From: Candidatus Bathyarchaeota archaeon
GTDB taxonomy: Archaea; Thermoproteota; Bathyarchaeia; 40CM-2-53-6
Length of the DNA stretch: 64,000 nucleotides
Assembly (NCBI GenBank): GCA_963733055.1
Contig: CAVTBR010000002.1
Location: 448,001-512,000, forward strand
Reading direction: 5' to 3'
The stretch's first letter is position 1, and the number at the start of each line of letters is the position of its first letter. A program made the position numbers and the translations under genes. The notes beneath the pieces are model-generated. The model had not been told where the DNA came from and did not search any database. It worked only from the letters and a program-made list of their open reading frames with translations. Of the stretch, positions 19,749 to 30,860 are shown piece after piece.

Positions 19749-22700
19749 ATGTCCGGCCACACTGCTGGGCGACCAAGCAACAAACAACTCGTCGCAGCAA
19801 TCCTCCTACTGACACTGATTCTAGTAGAGGTCGCCGCCAACCCCGCATACTCAAGCGGCATCAACACCTCTTCAGTTGGTGTATCGCCTGGCAAGTTCGA
19901 CCTGCCGCTTGGGAGCGACTTCCCAACGTTCGGCTCGGTAAAACTAAGCTACCCTGACAGCGCCATATTAAACAACAGCACGGGAGATCTTCTCTTCAAC
20001 GTCACCCTGAACCCACTCATGCTCAACCCCACCTCCGCTCAGGTATGGTCCTCTGTCTTTCCACATCCTGAAGTTCAAGTGTGGGGATCGGGTTTTTCTC
20101 CCAAAGATACAAGTTGCACTCTGTCGGGCATAACATTCGCCTCCGACTTGTGTACGATTTCGGGAGGTAATCTGACTGCAGGCATGACATGGTTTGATGT
20201 CGGAAACGTCCCGGCTGGCACGTACATAATTACTGCAAAGGGCTACCCGGGAGGCGATTTCTCCTCAGCCTCCTTCACCGTCCTCCCTCCATCACTTATT
20301 CTCAACCCTTCTTCCGGCCCAAATGGTGCAATTGTAAGTGTCTCTGGGGTGGGATTTTACTCGCCACCCGCCGACACCATGTGCTCCTTAACTGGTAAGC
20401 CCGTGTCCGCGTCTAGTTGCAGCATAACGAGCGGCGTCCTAACAGGTGCATTTGCCGTTGCCTGCGTGCTGCCTACCTGTGGACCTGGAACCTATACTAT
20501 TGCTGTGACAACGAACGGAGGCGATACAGGGGAGGCGTCGACTTCATTCATGGTGACAACCACATCTTCTCCTTCTCAGCAGATGATTTTGAGTTCCTCG
20601 TTCGGCATGCCTGGAACAATTGTTTCAGTGGTTTCAGGGATAGGATTTTCCTTAACTGATACGGTCTGCTCAATCTCATTCTCGGGCAAGCCCCCAATCA
20701 CGGTAACTCTTACTCCACCTTGCACTATGGCTGGAGGAGTGATTGGCCCACCTCTACCAACATTTATTGTCCCTGCCATTCGGCCAGGCAGATACATCAT
20801 TAATGCAACCGGAATTCCGGGGCTCGACAATGCAACGTACAACTTTCTGGTCTTGCCGGCCTCCCCTTCACCACCAATCTCGGCACCGGTTAGAATCGAC
20901 ATCTACATCCCTCCTGACTTCTCCGGGTTGGTAATAAGCAAAACGTGGACAAGCTTCACGAACAATTACGACCCAAACAGCATCCAAGTGTCGAGACAAT
21001 CATCATCTGATCAGATCGGGCCTAGTTGGTGGAGAGTGAGCATTTACAATATCACCGTAACGCGAAGTCCCAGCTCCTACACGCCTCCCCTAGTTGGCCA
21101 TCGAATATTCATCATTAACCTGAAACAATACATCAGACTCTTTCAGGTGACATCCCCAACAACAGCAGGACGATATTTCTTCAAAGCTTTCATAAACGGC
21201 GTCTCAATCGGAGCGGCAAACTTCCCAACTCTCGTAGTCAAAGCCAGTCGCGACCCTGCATACATTTCCGGCGTCCTTCGAGACTTGGGCGATCGAAACG
21301 CTTCGAGAGCGGGACAACCAATAACTTATCCTCTTCTACCGAACGGGACCGGCGCTCGCGTATTAGCTACGGGTTACGATTACCTCGGCCGATCAGTTTC
21401 AGCCCAGGCGTTTCTCAATTCGACCGCCGGCGGAAACTATACACTGTTTGGGGTCGCGCCCGGCACTTACAACATAACCGCCTACGCTGCGGGATACATC
21501 CCAACACTTCGACCGTGGACCGTAAGCGTTGCTGCCGCCCAATCGCTAGAAGGGGTTGACGTGTATCTTTCAGACAGCGTACTAATCAGCGGAACAATAT
21601 TGTCCAAAGGCCCCGATGGAAACTTAATCCCCTGGGGAGGGCTTGCAGGGATAAACGGTACTTCGATACCCCGAGCAATTACCGTTGACCTTCTAGATTT
21701 GGCAGGGAACCTGGTAGCATCAACATCAGCCCCTTATGCTACAACAAGTTTTACGGACCCCACGGCAACGTCGTTTGATTTCGGCCCCGGCTTAGTCCAT
21801 CCTCCGATTCAAGATCAAGTTGGTTTTGATGGACGCATTCCCCAAGACTTCGCTAATTACACTTCAGGCCTAGTGTCAGGCGACTATCTCCTCCGTGCTT
21901 ACGTAACAGGTTACATCCAACTCGAAGAAGTTCGGGTTCATGTGGGCAATTTTACGACGGATACAGAGACTGTGTTACCTCTCATCCGAACGGGAAGCAT
22001 TCGAGTCACTATCCACTTCAAGTACTCAAACAATACACTAGTCGCGGAACCGCTGACGGGCTTCGACAACAGCGGTCAGCCTCTTCAAATTGGAGGTACG
22101 CTGACTGTTTCAGCATACGACCAACAGGGCATACTCAGAGCACAAAACGTAACGTTCGTACCGCCAGGAAGTACGAATGAAACAGTTGACTTGCTAGGAT
22201 TCAGCAACACTCGAGGTTTCGGCACTTTTTCACTACTGTCACAGAATTACGGCCTCCCGCCCGGCACATATTACATCGTTGCGCGTCTTACCTCCTCTCC
22301 AAGTTTCGCTGGGTTCGCTAACATCGGAATCCGAACTCTCTACTACCAAACAGACATCCATCAAGCCACTATCGGCCTTACCACTGAGGAAACCCTGATC
22401 AGCTTCTCAATATATCGCGCAGGAGGCGTCCTGTTGACTCTCCGTTCGATCAATTATCAAGTTCCCCCTCTCAACACAACTTGGACTTACCCTGGATCGA
22501 CAATCAAGCTCTTGATCATAGACCCAAACGGAGTCATCTATCAGACAAATTCGACGCAGGTGCGGAGAGCAACGAATGTAACATTCACTTTTGATGGGCT
22601 TCTTACTGACACTTATACGATAATAATCCAAACCCACGGCTATACTCAGCAGCAGATAATCCACGTGTACGTCAGACTTGGCGCTATCTCTGACGTGGCA

Positions 22701-23537
22701 ATTTACATGATTGCGAACCCAGTAATCGATCTAACGATATTCTACACGCATGAAGCCATCCTCAGCTCGATCAACTCCACATTGCCTTTCGCCCAACCGA
22801 TCAACAACTTGACCGCCACGCCGACGCGTATCGAGGTTTTCGATGATCAAGGGAGATTCGTTGCGGCGAATGCAACTTACATTAAGAACGGAAACATGAC
22901 CGCCCACTTCATCTTATCTGGATTCGACCTTTACTATGGAGATCCACGGCTTATCTGGTCGGGTTTCTATGATACGACAGATGCAGCGAGCCAAATTCCG
23001 GGTGGTTTAATTCTATACCCGTGGAATATGTCGCCTCACACGTACACGATTAGAATTTGGGTTGATGGTTACTACCAGTTAGAGCCTTTACGCGTAATTG
23101 TTACCGCGCCGCAGGATGTTTCCGTAGTTACATACATGGATCGGGCGTCCCGGATTTTCGGGACCGTAATGGGACCAGACTACTTCGACGTTGCCCGTCA
23201 CTTGTCTTGGGCGACAATTACGCTTCAGCCAAACAACAGCACCCTCACAAACATCATTGATGTTCGGCCTGGAAACTACACAACGTCTAGCCTCGACGGA
23301 TCTTTCCAAGTATGGGTTCCTCAGGGAACATACGGAATGGGAGTGGCCTTGGAGGGATACGCCACATATTCAGCTATGATTTCCGTCCCGCAGGGCTCGG
23401 ACATGTACATGCAAATCTGGTTAGACAACTACCAACCCTCAAGCCAACTCATCTCGACCGCTACCTCAAACTCTACGAGTACCTTGAATGCCAAGGCGCA
23501 CCTACGGCAAATCCCAAAAACTCTGAATAGGCTGTAG
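19749..23537 (+). CDS. Large secreted beta-sandwich protein (TIG-like repeats and carboxypeptidase-regulatory-like domains)
   Basis: 1262 aa, signal peptide, repeated G.GFS..DT.C and PG.Y.I motifs, many N-x-S/T sequons. Confidence 0.7.
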   Translation: MSGHTAGRPSNKQLVAAILLLTLILVEVAANPAYSSGINTSSVGVSPGKFDLPLGSDFPTFGSVKLSYPDSAILNNSTGDLLFNVTLNPLMLNPTSAQVWSSVFPHPEVQVWGSGFSPKDTSCTLSGITFASDLCTISGGNLTAGMTWFDVGNVPAGTYIITAKGYPGGDFSSASFTVLPPSLILNPSSGPNGAIVSVSGVGFYSPPADTMCSLTGKPVSASSCSITSGVLTGAFAVACVLPTCGPGTYTIAVTTNGGDTGEASTSFMVTTTSSPSQQMILSSSFGMPGTIVSVVSGIGFSLTDTVCSISFSGKPPITVTLTPPCTMAGGVIGPPLPTFIVPAIRPGRYIINATGIPGLDNATYNFLVLPASPSPPISAPVRIDIYIPPDFSGLVISKTWTSFTNNYDPNSIQVSRQSSSDQIGPSWWRVSIYNITVTRSPSSYTPPLVGHRIFIINLKQYIRLFQVTSPTTAGRYFFKAFINGVSIGAANFPTLVVKASRDPAYISGVLRDLGDRNASRAGQPITYPLLPNGTGARVLATGYDYLGRSVSAQAFLNSTAGGNYTLFGVAPGTYNITAYAAGYIPTLRPWTVSVAAAQSLEGVDVYLSDSVLISGTILSKGPDGNLIPWGGLAGINGTSIPRAITVDLLDLAGNLVASTSAPYATTSFTDPTATSFDFGPGLVHPPIQDQVGFDGRIPQDFANYTSGLVSGDYLLRAYVTGYIQLEEVRVHVGNFTTDTETVLPLIRTGSIRVTIHFKYSNNTLVAEPLTGFDNSGQPLQIGGTLTVSAYDQQGILRAQNVTFVPPGSTNETVDLLGFSNTRGFGTFSLLSQNYGLPPGTYYIVARLTSSPSFAGFANIGIRTLYYQTDIHQATIGLTTEETLISFSIYRAGGVLLTLRSINYQVPPLNTTWTYPGSTIKLLIIDPNGVIYQTNSTQVRRATNVTFTFDGLLTDTYTIIIQTHGYTQQQIIHVYVRLGAISDVAIYMIANPVIDLTIFYTHEAILSSINSTLPFAQPINNLTATPTRIEVFDDQGRFVAANATYIKNGNMTAHFILSGFDLYYGDPRLIWSGFYDTTDAASQIPGGLILYPWNMSPHTYTIRIWVDGYYQLEPLRVIVTAPQDVSVVTYMDRASRIFGTVMGPDYFDVARHLSWATITLQPNNSTLTNIIDVRPGNYTTSSLDGSFQVWVPQGTYGMGVALEGYATYSAMISVPQGSDMYMQIWLDNYQPSSQLISTATSNSTSTLNAKAHLRQIPKTLNRL

Positions 23538-23571
23538 ACCTTATCAATCCAATTTCTTGACAGGAATCTGA

Positions 23572-25224
23572 ATGCCGCGTCAACTTCGCCTGTTTATTTC
23601 GGTCTTTGTCTCGGGCGCTGTAGTGATGGCGCTCGAACTCTTGGGAAGCAGGTTGCTGGCTCCGGTGTTTGGAAGCTCGATTTTCGTTTGGGGCAGTTTG
23701 ATTGGTGTGGTCCTGTCAGCGCTCAGCGCGGGTTACTATCTAGGTGGGAAGCTTGCCGACATAAAACCGAACTTCAACGTGCTTTCGATCGTGATCTTCA
23801 TTGCGGGTTTAGTGGTTCTATCACTTCCGGCCATCGCGCCTCCTCTCTTCGACCTTGCGATCAGGTTGAATCTTGGTGACCGTTATGCGCCTCTACTCGC
23901 CACAACCTTACTGCTGGGGCCGCCAGGCGTACTTCTGGGTATGGTGTCGCCGTATGCTATTCGGCTGGTAGCCGAGAGTTTTGAGACGTTAGGCAAAGCG
24001 TCAGGCAACCTTTACGCACTTTCAACTGTGGGGAGCATAGCAGGGGTGTTTCTGACTGTTTTCATTCTAATTCCTCTTTTTGGAGTTAACAAGATCATCT
24101 TTGTGTTGGGAGTTGTGTTGCTGGTCGTTGCTTTTCTAGGGTTGAGTTATCGGTTCAAGTTCTTAGTCATCCTCATCCTAATCGTCCTCCCGTTCGCTGC
24201 ACCCTACATGGTTAACCGTCAGCTGACAATTGCCACCTACACGCTGGCTTTAGGTGATACAATCTACGAAACCGACACGCCCTACCATCATCTCATTGTA
24301 GCAGACGCGTATGACCCAGCAACCCAATCCACGACACGCTATCTCATAATGGATGACAACCTTCACAGCGCTATGGATCTTCAAGACCCTAACCGAACCG
24401 TCTTCCCCTACACCGACTACTTCCACATCGGACTCCTGCTTAACCCGAACATAACTCGCGTCCTCTTCATCGGAGGAGGCGGCTTTACCGGCCCCAAAGC
24501 CTTCCTGAGAGACTATCCAAACGTCACAGTCGACGTCGCGGAGATGGACCCGCAGGTTGTGCAAGTCGCCGAACAATACTTCGCCGTGAACGCTAGCAAT
24601 CCGAAACTTCATGTCTACATCGACGACGGTCGAGTTTTTCTTCAAAACAGTCAGCAGAGATACGACCTCATCGTGCTAGACGCCTACTCCAGAAGCTACG
24701 TCCCATTCCAATTAATGACGCTAGAATTTTTCAAACTAATCGACTCCCACCTATCCACCAAAGGCATAGTGATCTCAAACCTAATCTCAGGAACAACATC
24801 CAGCAACGACCAATTACTCACCGCCGAAACCACAACGATGAGTCAAATCTTTCCAAACGTTTACACGTTCGCAGTAGACGGAGCATCAAATACGAACGCA
24901 CAAAACGTGATAATCATCGCCACGCTGGCAACCAATCACTTGGGAGCCACGAATTTTGAAGAACTCGCCTCGACAAGCACAATTGTGAAGGTTCCGGGGA
25001 TGAACGATTACCTAACCAACTACTTCACACCCGTCGGAAACAACCCACCAATCCTCACGGACAACTACGCACCAGTGGATACAATGCTCAGCCCAATCAG
25101 CGGACTACCAATCACCAACGATCAACCTCCGCTCCTAAGCGAACAGGAGGCGTTGCAAATCTTAGGGGGGGTCGTAATAGTCGCCGCGGTGGCGGTCATT
25201 TTGATGAAAAAGAAGTATCTCTGA
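23572..25224 (+). CDS. Fused membrane domain / spermidine synthase-like methyltransferase
   Basis: SGAVVMALELLGSRLLAP, LYALSTVGSIAG, VLFIGGGG, YDLIVLDAY, LTDNYAPV. Confidence 0.88.
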   Translation: MPRQLRLFISVFVSGAVVMALELLGSRLLAPVFGSSIFVWGSLIGVVLSALSAGYYLGGKLADIKPNFNVLSIVIFIAGLVVLSLPAIAPPLFDLAIRLNLGDRYAPLLATTLLLGPPGVLLGMVSPYAIRLVAESFETLGKASGNLYALSTVGSIAGVFLTVFILIPLFGVNKIIFVLGVVLLVVAFLGLSYRFKFLVILILIVLPFAAPYMVNRQLTIATYTLALGDTIYETDTPYHHLIVADAYDPATQSTTRYLIMDDNLHSAMDLQDPNRTVFPYTDYFHIGLLLNPNITRVLFIGGGGFTGPKAFLRDYPNVTVDVAEMDPQVVQVAEQYFAVNASNPKLHVYIDDGRVFLQNSQQRYDLIVLDAYSRSYVPFQLMTLEFFKLIDSHLSTKGIVISNLISGTTSSNDQLLTAETTTMSQIFPNVYTFAVDGASNTNAQNVIIIATLATNHLGATNFEELASTSTIVKVPGMNDYLTNYFTPVGNNPPILTDNYAPVDTMLSPISGLPITNDQPPLLSEQEALQILGGVVIVAAVAVILMKKKYL

Positions 25225-25227
25225 GGG

Positions 25228-26682
25228 TTACATCTGCGAGGCGGCCCGAAGCTCATGCATGCTCTTTCGAAGTTTTGCCTGTAGTCTTGCGTTACGTGTG
25301 CGGGATCTCTTGCATGAAACAAATTCTTGTGCGATAAGCCTCTTTGTTTCTTGCGGATTAGGGCTGCCGCTAGTTCGATACAGGCGAAGGTGACGGCCGA
25401 GATCCAAAGCGTCACCGATCGACTTCATCGTGCTTGGCCGGATTGACCTTCCTAGAACCCGTTCCCAATCTGATCGCTTCATGTCTTTGAAAGTCATGCC
25501 TTGACTGAGGGCTGATCGTGCAACTGAGCCGACCAGGTGGTGAGCGGTTCTGAAGGGCAAGTCTTCCTTTCTTACTAGGAGGTTGGCAATTTCAGTTGCC
25601 GCAGTGAACTCTAGGTAACGCCTGCTCGACAATCGACGGTCAACGGTTATCCTAGGCATGATTGCGGTGAGAATTCGGAGGCAGGCTTTGAGTTCGTCAA
25701 TCGACTCCCAGAGAATGGGCGTTACTTCCTGGTAGTCAAGATTGTATCCTGAGGGTAAACCGTGCATTATTGAAAGTCCAGAATTGAAATTGGCTCCGAT
25801 TTTCCCGCACTTTGCACGGATTAGCTCGAGCGGGTCGGCGTTTTTCTTTTGGGGCATGATGCTGCTCGTCGAGGCGAACTCGTCGGGAATCGAAACGAGC
25901 GCGGCTTCTGCTGAGCTGTAGAAGATTAGATCTGTCGCGATTCGGGAGAGGTCGGAAGCTAAGAGGGCACAGTTTCCAAGAATCTCTAAGGCGAAGTCAC
26001 GGCCGCCAACCGCGTCTAAAGAAGCGTCCACAAGCTCATCAAAGCCAAGTAGGCGCGCGATCAACCGCCGATTCAGCGGTATACTTGTTCCAGCCAACGC
26101 CGCGGCACCCATTGGCGAACGATTGACTCTCCCGTATGCTTCGGTTAGCCGATCTACATCTCGTGACAAAGAAGCACAGTTCGCAAGCAGGTAATGGGCG
26201 AAACTTATTGGTTGTGCGGGCTGAAGATGGGTATAGCCCGGGAACACGGTAGTAATATGCTTCTTCGCTAAGCTTAGGATTGAGAATTCGAGAGTAAGTA
26301 TTTGGCCACTGAGTTCGATTATCTCGCTCCTGAGAGTCATTCTAATAGCTGTAACGACTTGGTCGTTCCGACTCTTGCCGAGGTGAAGTAGACCCCCCAC
26401 CTCTCTACCCGTACGTTTCGTGACAGTATCCTCAATTACCACGTGAATATCTTCCGCGTTTCGTTCAGGAAAATTGTAACTTTCAAGGCTTCTCAGTGCC
26501 TTCAGAATTCTGCGGGCCTTAGGTTTCTCAATCGTCCCAGATCTAGCGAGCGCAATCACGTGCGCCTCGTTGACCAGGACTGTCGATAACGCTATTCGCT
26601 TGTCGGATTCAAGTGATGAAATAAAATCCACTACATCTTTTCGTGTTCGCCTTAACCGGCCGCCCTTCAGAACAGACGACAT
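25228..26682 (-). CDS. argH: Argininosuccinate lyase
   Basis: GKSRNDQV, PGYTHLQPAQP, SSIMPQKKN. Confidence 0.95.
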   Translation of the reverse strand: MSSVLKGGRLRRTRKDVVDFISSLESDKRIALSTVLVNEAHVIALARSGTIEKPKARRILKALRSLESYNFPERNAEDIHVVIEDTVTKRTGREVGGLLHLGKSRNDQVVTAIRMTLRSEIIELSGQILTLEFSILSLAKKHITTVFPGYTHLQPAQPISFAHYLLANCASLSRDVDRLTEAYGRVNRSPMGAAALAGTSIPLNRRLIARLLGFDELVDASLDAVGGRDFALEILGNCALLASDLSRIATDLIFYSSAEAALVSIPDEFASTSSIMPQKKNADPLELIRAKCGKIGANFNSGLSIMHGLPSGYNLDYQEVTPILWESIDELKACLRILTAIMPRITVDRRLSSRRYLEFTAATEIANLLVRKEDLPFRTAHHLVGSVARSALSQGMTFKDMKRSDWERVLGRSIRPSTMKSIGDALDLGRHLRLYRTSGSPNPQETKRLIAQEFVSCKRSRTRNARLQAKLRKSMHELRAASQM

Positions 26683-26688
26683 CTAGGG

Positions 26689-27816
26689 TCACTGCGTTGC
26701 AGCCGGTAGGAGTGGTGAACTGTGGGCTTTTTCAACGAACCTTGGGAGAGCGCGGGCGTAGACTTCGATGCATCCTAGGTACTCCGAGATTCTCACATGT
26801 TCAATCTCAGTATGATCAAACCTCGAATCCCCTGGACCATAAGCAAACATGGGAATATTCTGTCGTTGGACAAAGAGGTTCATGTCACTTGTGCCAGTCT
26901 TCTTGACCATGGCAACCTGGCCGCCTTTCATCTTCCTAATGGCCCACCGGAAAGCCGAGACGGCGGTGGAATTGGGAGAACCAAGGAAACCTTCGGTCGG
27001 ATCTTCGAAGCCTACCTGGATCTTCACATCTTTTCGAGTTGAATTGTACCCGCTTGTAAATTCATTAATTTTGGCAACCAGATCGTTCAGCGACATCGCA
27101 GGCGGGACTCTGAGATCAACATCCAAGGTCGCGCGTGTCGGCACACTATTTCCTCCCTCACCAGCTTCCGCGCGGGTGACGCAACCGGTTACCGTATCGA
27201 ACTTGGATTGAGACTTGGTCTTCAGAATTCTTTTTTCAAACGCTCTCCAGAATAGGCTTGATTCCTCGTAGCTGTTGGCTGAGAGCCAGGGTGAAGCCGA
27301 ATGGCCTCCGCTGGTAGTGAAGGTCACGTGCAGTTTGAGGCTTCCCTTGTATCCGATGATCATGTTCGAGACGCCGCTCGGTTCTCCGAATACCGCCATC
27401 GCGTACTGAGTTTGATCATCGATTATCGCACGAATGCCCTTGCTGCTAGTCTCCTCCTCCACGACGGCTGCTAGGATAACTTGGAAAGGATATGAACTTC
27501 TTTCCTTAGCGAGAGCAGCGCCGACGATCATCGCTGCCAGGGACGATTTGGCGTCTACGGCGCCCCGCCCGTAGAGCAGATCGACGTCCTGTCGAATCTG
27601 TATTCGGCCCGGAACCGTATCCATATGTCCGCAGAGTAGAATCCGCGGACCTTCGTTGCCAAGAACGCCAACTACATTCCCAACCTGGTCAATCTTCGAG
27701 TCGAAGCCCCTTGATTGCATTTCTTTATGAAGGAACTCAGCTAGCTCGGCTTCGGATCCGCTCGGGCTGTAGAGTTCCAGCATTTTCTCCAGTAATTTAA
27801 CCGGATAACTTTGCAA
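26689..27816 (-). CDS. lysK: [LysW]-lysine/ornithine hydrolase (M20 family)
   Basis: LCGHMDTVPG, GRGAVDAK, VVEEET, GTSDMN, YGPGDS; TTG at 27816 after GGAGG. Confidence 0.9.
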   Translation of the reverse strand: MQSYPVKLLEKMLELYSPSGSEAELAEFLHKEMQSRGFDSKIDQVGNVVGVLGNEGPRILLCGHMDTVPGRIQIRQDVDLLYGRGAVDAKSSLAAMIVGAALAKERSSYPFQVILAAVVEEETSSKGIRAIIDDQTQYAMAVFGEPSGVSNMIIGYKGSLKLHVTFTTSGGHSASPWLSANSYEESSLFWRAFEKRILKTKSQSKFDTVTGCVTRAEAGEGGNSVPTRATLDVDLRVPPAMSLNDLVAKINEFTSGYNSTRKDVKIQVGFEDPTEGFLGSPNSTAVSAFRWAIRKMKGGQVAMVKKTGTSDMNLFVQRQNIPMFAYGPGDSRFDHTEIEHVRISEYLGCIEVYARALPRFVEKAHSSPLLPAATQ

Positions 27817-28996
27817 GCTCCTCCTTCTCCAAAATCTTTGGCAGGGTGTTGAGAACACGATCTACGTGCTCTGGTTGGATGCAGAGTGGTGGTAGAAATC
27901 TGAGAATGTTTCGTCCAGCATCAAGCATCAAAACTCCTTGCTGTAAAGCGTCTAGGATAATTTGATGGACCTCAAAGCGGGTCTCGACAGCCAGCATAAG
28001 GCCGAGGCCCCGAACCTCTCTGATTATCCGATGCACACTCATCAATCGCAGAAAGCCAGCCTTGAAGTATTCCCCAACTTTGGCCGCATTATCCACCAGT
28101 TTTTCATCAAACAGGACGTCGATGGTGGCGGATCCGGCTGCGCAGACGACAGGGTTTCCTCCGAACGTGCTCGAATGTTCGCCAACGGAGAGTGAACCCA
28201 TTGTCTCTGAGTTAGCTGCGGTTATGCCAATTGGTAATCCGCTTGCGACGCCTTTTCCCAGGCAAAGGATGTCTGGCTGCATTTCTAAATGTTCAGAAGC
28301 GAACAATTTTCCAGTTCTGCCGAAGCCAGTCTGAATCTCGTCTGCCACGAGCAGCCCACCTGCATCATGAACCAAATCCTGCAAGAGTCCCATCCAGCTC
28401 TTGGAAGGGACACGGATTCCTCCCTCACCCTGGACTGGTTCAACGAGAACTGCTGCAGTGTCGTTCGTAATGGTTTCTTTGGCGGCCTCGAGGTTGCCGA
28501 AGGGGATATGAACGAACCCTGGGACAAGGGGTTCGAAATTCTTCCTGTACTTAGGATCCCACGTTGCCGAGAGCGCCCCATGAGTTTTGCCGTGAAATCC
28601 ACCCTTGACAGCGACAATCTTTCTTTTTCCGGTGAATTTCCGTGCGACTTTGATAGCGCACTCGACTGCCTCGGTGCCGCTGTTGCTGAGGAAGATTCTA
28701 TCGAGGCCCTTAGGTAGAATATTGGTCAGTTTCGAGGTGAATAGTGCTCGAGCGTCATTGTATACTGATCCGTGGCATGCGATGAGCTTCTCGGCTTGAT
28801 CCGCTATTGCCTCTACAACTCGTGGGTGTGCGTGGCCTACGATGCACGCGCCATAGGCTCCGGTGCAGTCAACATATTCCTTGCCACGATCATCGTATAG
28901 CAGCGTTCCTTTTCCGCGAACTATCGTAACTGGTTTGCGTGCATAGTACTTGGCGTAATGCGTGTCTTCAATTGTACGCGCATCCGGTTCAGTCAT
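27797..28996 (-). CDS. lysJ: [LysW]-aminoadipate semialdehyde / glutamate semialdehyde aminotransferase
   Basis: NSGTEAVE, EPVQGEGG, DEIQTGFGRTG, STFGGNP; operon context. Confidence 0.9.
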   Translation of the reverse strand: MTEPDARTIEDTHYAKYYARKPVTIVRGKGTLLYDDRGKEYVDCTGAYGACIVGHAHPRVVEAIADQAEKLIACHGSVYNDARALFTSKLTNILPKGLDRIFLSNSGTEAVECAIKVARKFTGKRKIVAVKGGFHGKTHGALSATWDPKYRKNFEPLVPGFVHIPFGNLEAAKETITNDTAAVLVEPVQGEGGIRVPSKSWMGLLQDLVHDAGGLLVADEIQTGFGRTGKLFASEHLEMQPDILCLGKGVASGLPIGITAANSETMGSLSVGEHSSTFGGNPVVCAAGSATIDVLFDEKLVDNAAKVGEYFKAGFLRLMSVHRIIREVRGLGLMLAVETRFEVHQIILDALQQGVLMLDAGRNILRFLPPLCIQPEHVDRVLNTLPKILEKEELAKLSG

Positions 28997-29808
28997 GCGG
29001 TGATCAAAGTCCCGGTTTCTCCGTTGATTGCGTCGGTGTATGGGGCTGTGCCCTTACCTGGTGCTACCACAACTTTGCCGACGCCTTTCGAAAGGGCCTC
29101 GAGCGCAGCGTAAACTTTTGTGATCATTCCCGGTCCGAGCTTTGATAGGTCTCTCTTCGCCTCGTCGGCGTTCAGATGACGTGCGATACCGGAATCTAGA
29201 GAAACTCCTCCCACATCAGTTATGAGCAATAAAACGTCAGCTTGCAGAGTTGCAGCAACATGCGCTGCGGTTCTGTCACCGTCTATGTTCAAAGGCTCAT
29301 TTTCAGCGCCGAGTCCTATTGGTGCGATAACTGGGACGTAACCACTGCTAATCAATGCTCTCAAAAGAGTTCCGTCAGTATGCGTAATCATACCGGTGTA
29401 TCCTCCGTCTATGACTCTCCTCCGGCCTCGCTCATCCTTAATGATCAGTTTTCTTTTTCTTTCGGCTCGTATTAGGCTCCCATCTAATCCCGAGAGGCCG
29501 ACCGCCGGTATTTTTCTGCTGAGGAGTTGCAAGACGATTTGTTTGTTGACTTTGCCCGCCATAACCATAGTATAGATTGGAATCGTCTCAGCGTCGGTGT
29601 AGCGGCTTCTGAAACCCTCAGGAGAAGTAACGAATTGCTGATGAACTCCGAGTTTTTCAGCAACACTTGTAACCGTATTCCCCCCTCCGTGGACCAAAAC
29701 AGTCGCCGTCTGGTGCGTCAGAGTTGCGAAATCAGTTAGCGCAGATTCTGAGAAAGCGTCGCTCATTACTTTGTCCCCGACTTTTACAACGATAACCATG
29801 GAAATCAC
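28993..29808 (-). CDS. lysZ: [LysW]-aminoadipate/glutamate kinase
   Basis: VVKVG, LVHGGG, SRYTD, LSGLDG, NIDGDR. Confidence 0.9.
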   Translation of the reverse strand: MISMVIVVKVGDKVMSDAFSESALTDFATLTHQTATVLVHGGGNTVTSVAEKLGVHQQFVTSPEGFRSRYTDAETIPIYTMVMAGKVNKQIVLQLLSRKIPAVGLSGLDGSLIRAERKRKLIIKDERGRRRVIDGGYTGMITHTDGTLLRALISSGYVPVIAPIGLGAENEPLNIDGDRTAAHVAATLQADVLLLITDVGGVSLDSGIARHLNADEAKRDLSKLGPGMITKVYAALEALSKGVGKVVVAPGKGTAPYTDAINGETGTLITA

Positions 29809-30860
29809 TACGGGTGTAAGCCTATCTGATTCAAGCCGGTTTTCTCATCGAGGCTTGACATAAGGTTGAAGCACTGAACCGCCGCTCCGGCAGCCCCCTT
29901 CGTCAGGTTGTCTAGGGCGGAGAAGAGAATCAGTCGCTTTGAGTGAGCATCTATCTCGAAGCCTATGTCACAATAGTTTGTGCCAACCGTAACCTTGGGG
30001 TTAGGTAATCCGTAAAGACCTTTCTTGTCTGAAACGATCCTGATGAAGGGTTCTGATTCGTATTTTGCGCGAATTGCCTTGAAGACATCTCGAGGTTCCA
30101 ATCTACTGGTCATGAAGGTGTGGGAGGTGGAGAGGATGCCGCGGATCATGTTTACCGCGTGAGGGGTGAATGAAACATGAAGATTCTTACCGGCGAGTGG
30201 ATCAAGTTCCTGTTCCACCTCTGCAATATGCCGGTGCCCTGTAACCTTGTACGGACGGACCCCTCCCGCCCGTTCGGAGTGGTGGCTTGCAATTGTTGGA
30301 CTAGCCCCGGCACCCGACGAGCCGATTTTCGCATCGATCACAATTCGGTTTAGGTCAATCCATCCGCTTCCCACAATTGGAGCGAGACTTAGGATTGCCG
30401 CGGTAGCCATGCAACCTGGAACAGAAACAAGTTGCGCCGTCTTTATTTTGTCTCGGTGTAGTTCGGGTAGCCCGTATACTGATTTCATCAAGAGATCCGG
30501 TCGAGGGTGATTAAATCCGTAGTATTCCTCGTATGCTTTGGCGTCTTTCAGTCGGAAGTCTGCAGTGAGATCTATCACTTTCACGTTGCGCTCTAGGAGT
30601 TGTGGAACGACTTCGATGGATTTTCCATGTGGCAGCGCGGTGAAGACGAGGTCGCTTCTTGCAATAACGCTCTCCAAACCCTCCTCCTGGAATTTGAGCG
30701 CGGTTACGCCTCTAAGGTTGGGATGAATTCGAAATAGTGGTTCTCCGGCGTATCGCCGCGACGTGACGGCTTGGACCTCGCAGCTTGGATGGGAAAGGAG
30801 TAGCCGTAGGAGCTCGCCACCTACATATCCTGAGCCTCCCGTCACGGAGACGTTTATCAT
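29808..30860 (-). CDS. lysY: [LysW]-aminoadipyl/glutamyl phosphate reductase (ArgC-like)
   Basis: GGSGYVGGELLRLL, PGCMAT, GSSGAG, DNLTKGAAG. Confidence 0.92.
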   Translation of the reverse strand: MINVSVTGGSGYVGGELLRLLLSHPSCEVQAVTSRRYAGEPLFRIHPNLRGVTALKFQEEGLESVIARSDLVFTALPHGKSIEVVPQLLERNVKVIDLTADFRLKDAKAYEEYYGFNHPRPDLLMKSVYGLPELHRDKIKTAQLVSVPGCMATAAILSLAPIVGSGWIDLNRIVIDAKIGSSGAGASPTIASHHSERAGGVRPYKVTGHRHIAEVEQELDPLAGKNLHVSFTPHAVNMIRGILSTSHTFMTSRLEPRDVFKAIRAKYESEPFIRIVSDKKGLYGLPNPKVTVGTNYCDIGFEIDAHSKRLILFSALDNLTKGAAGAAVQCFNLMSSLDEKTGLNQIGLHP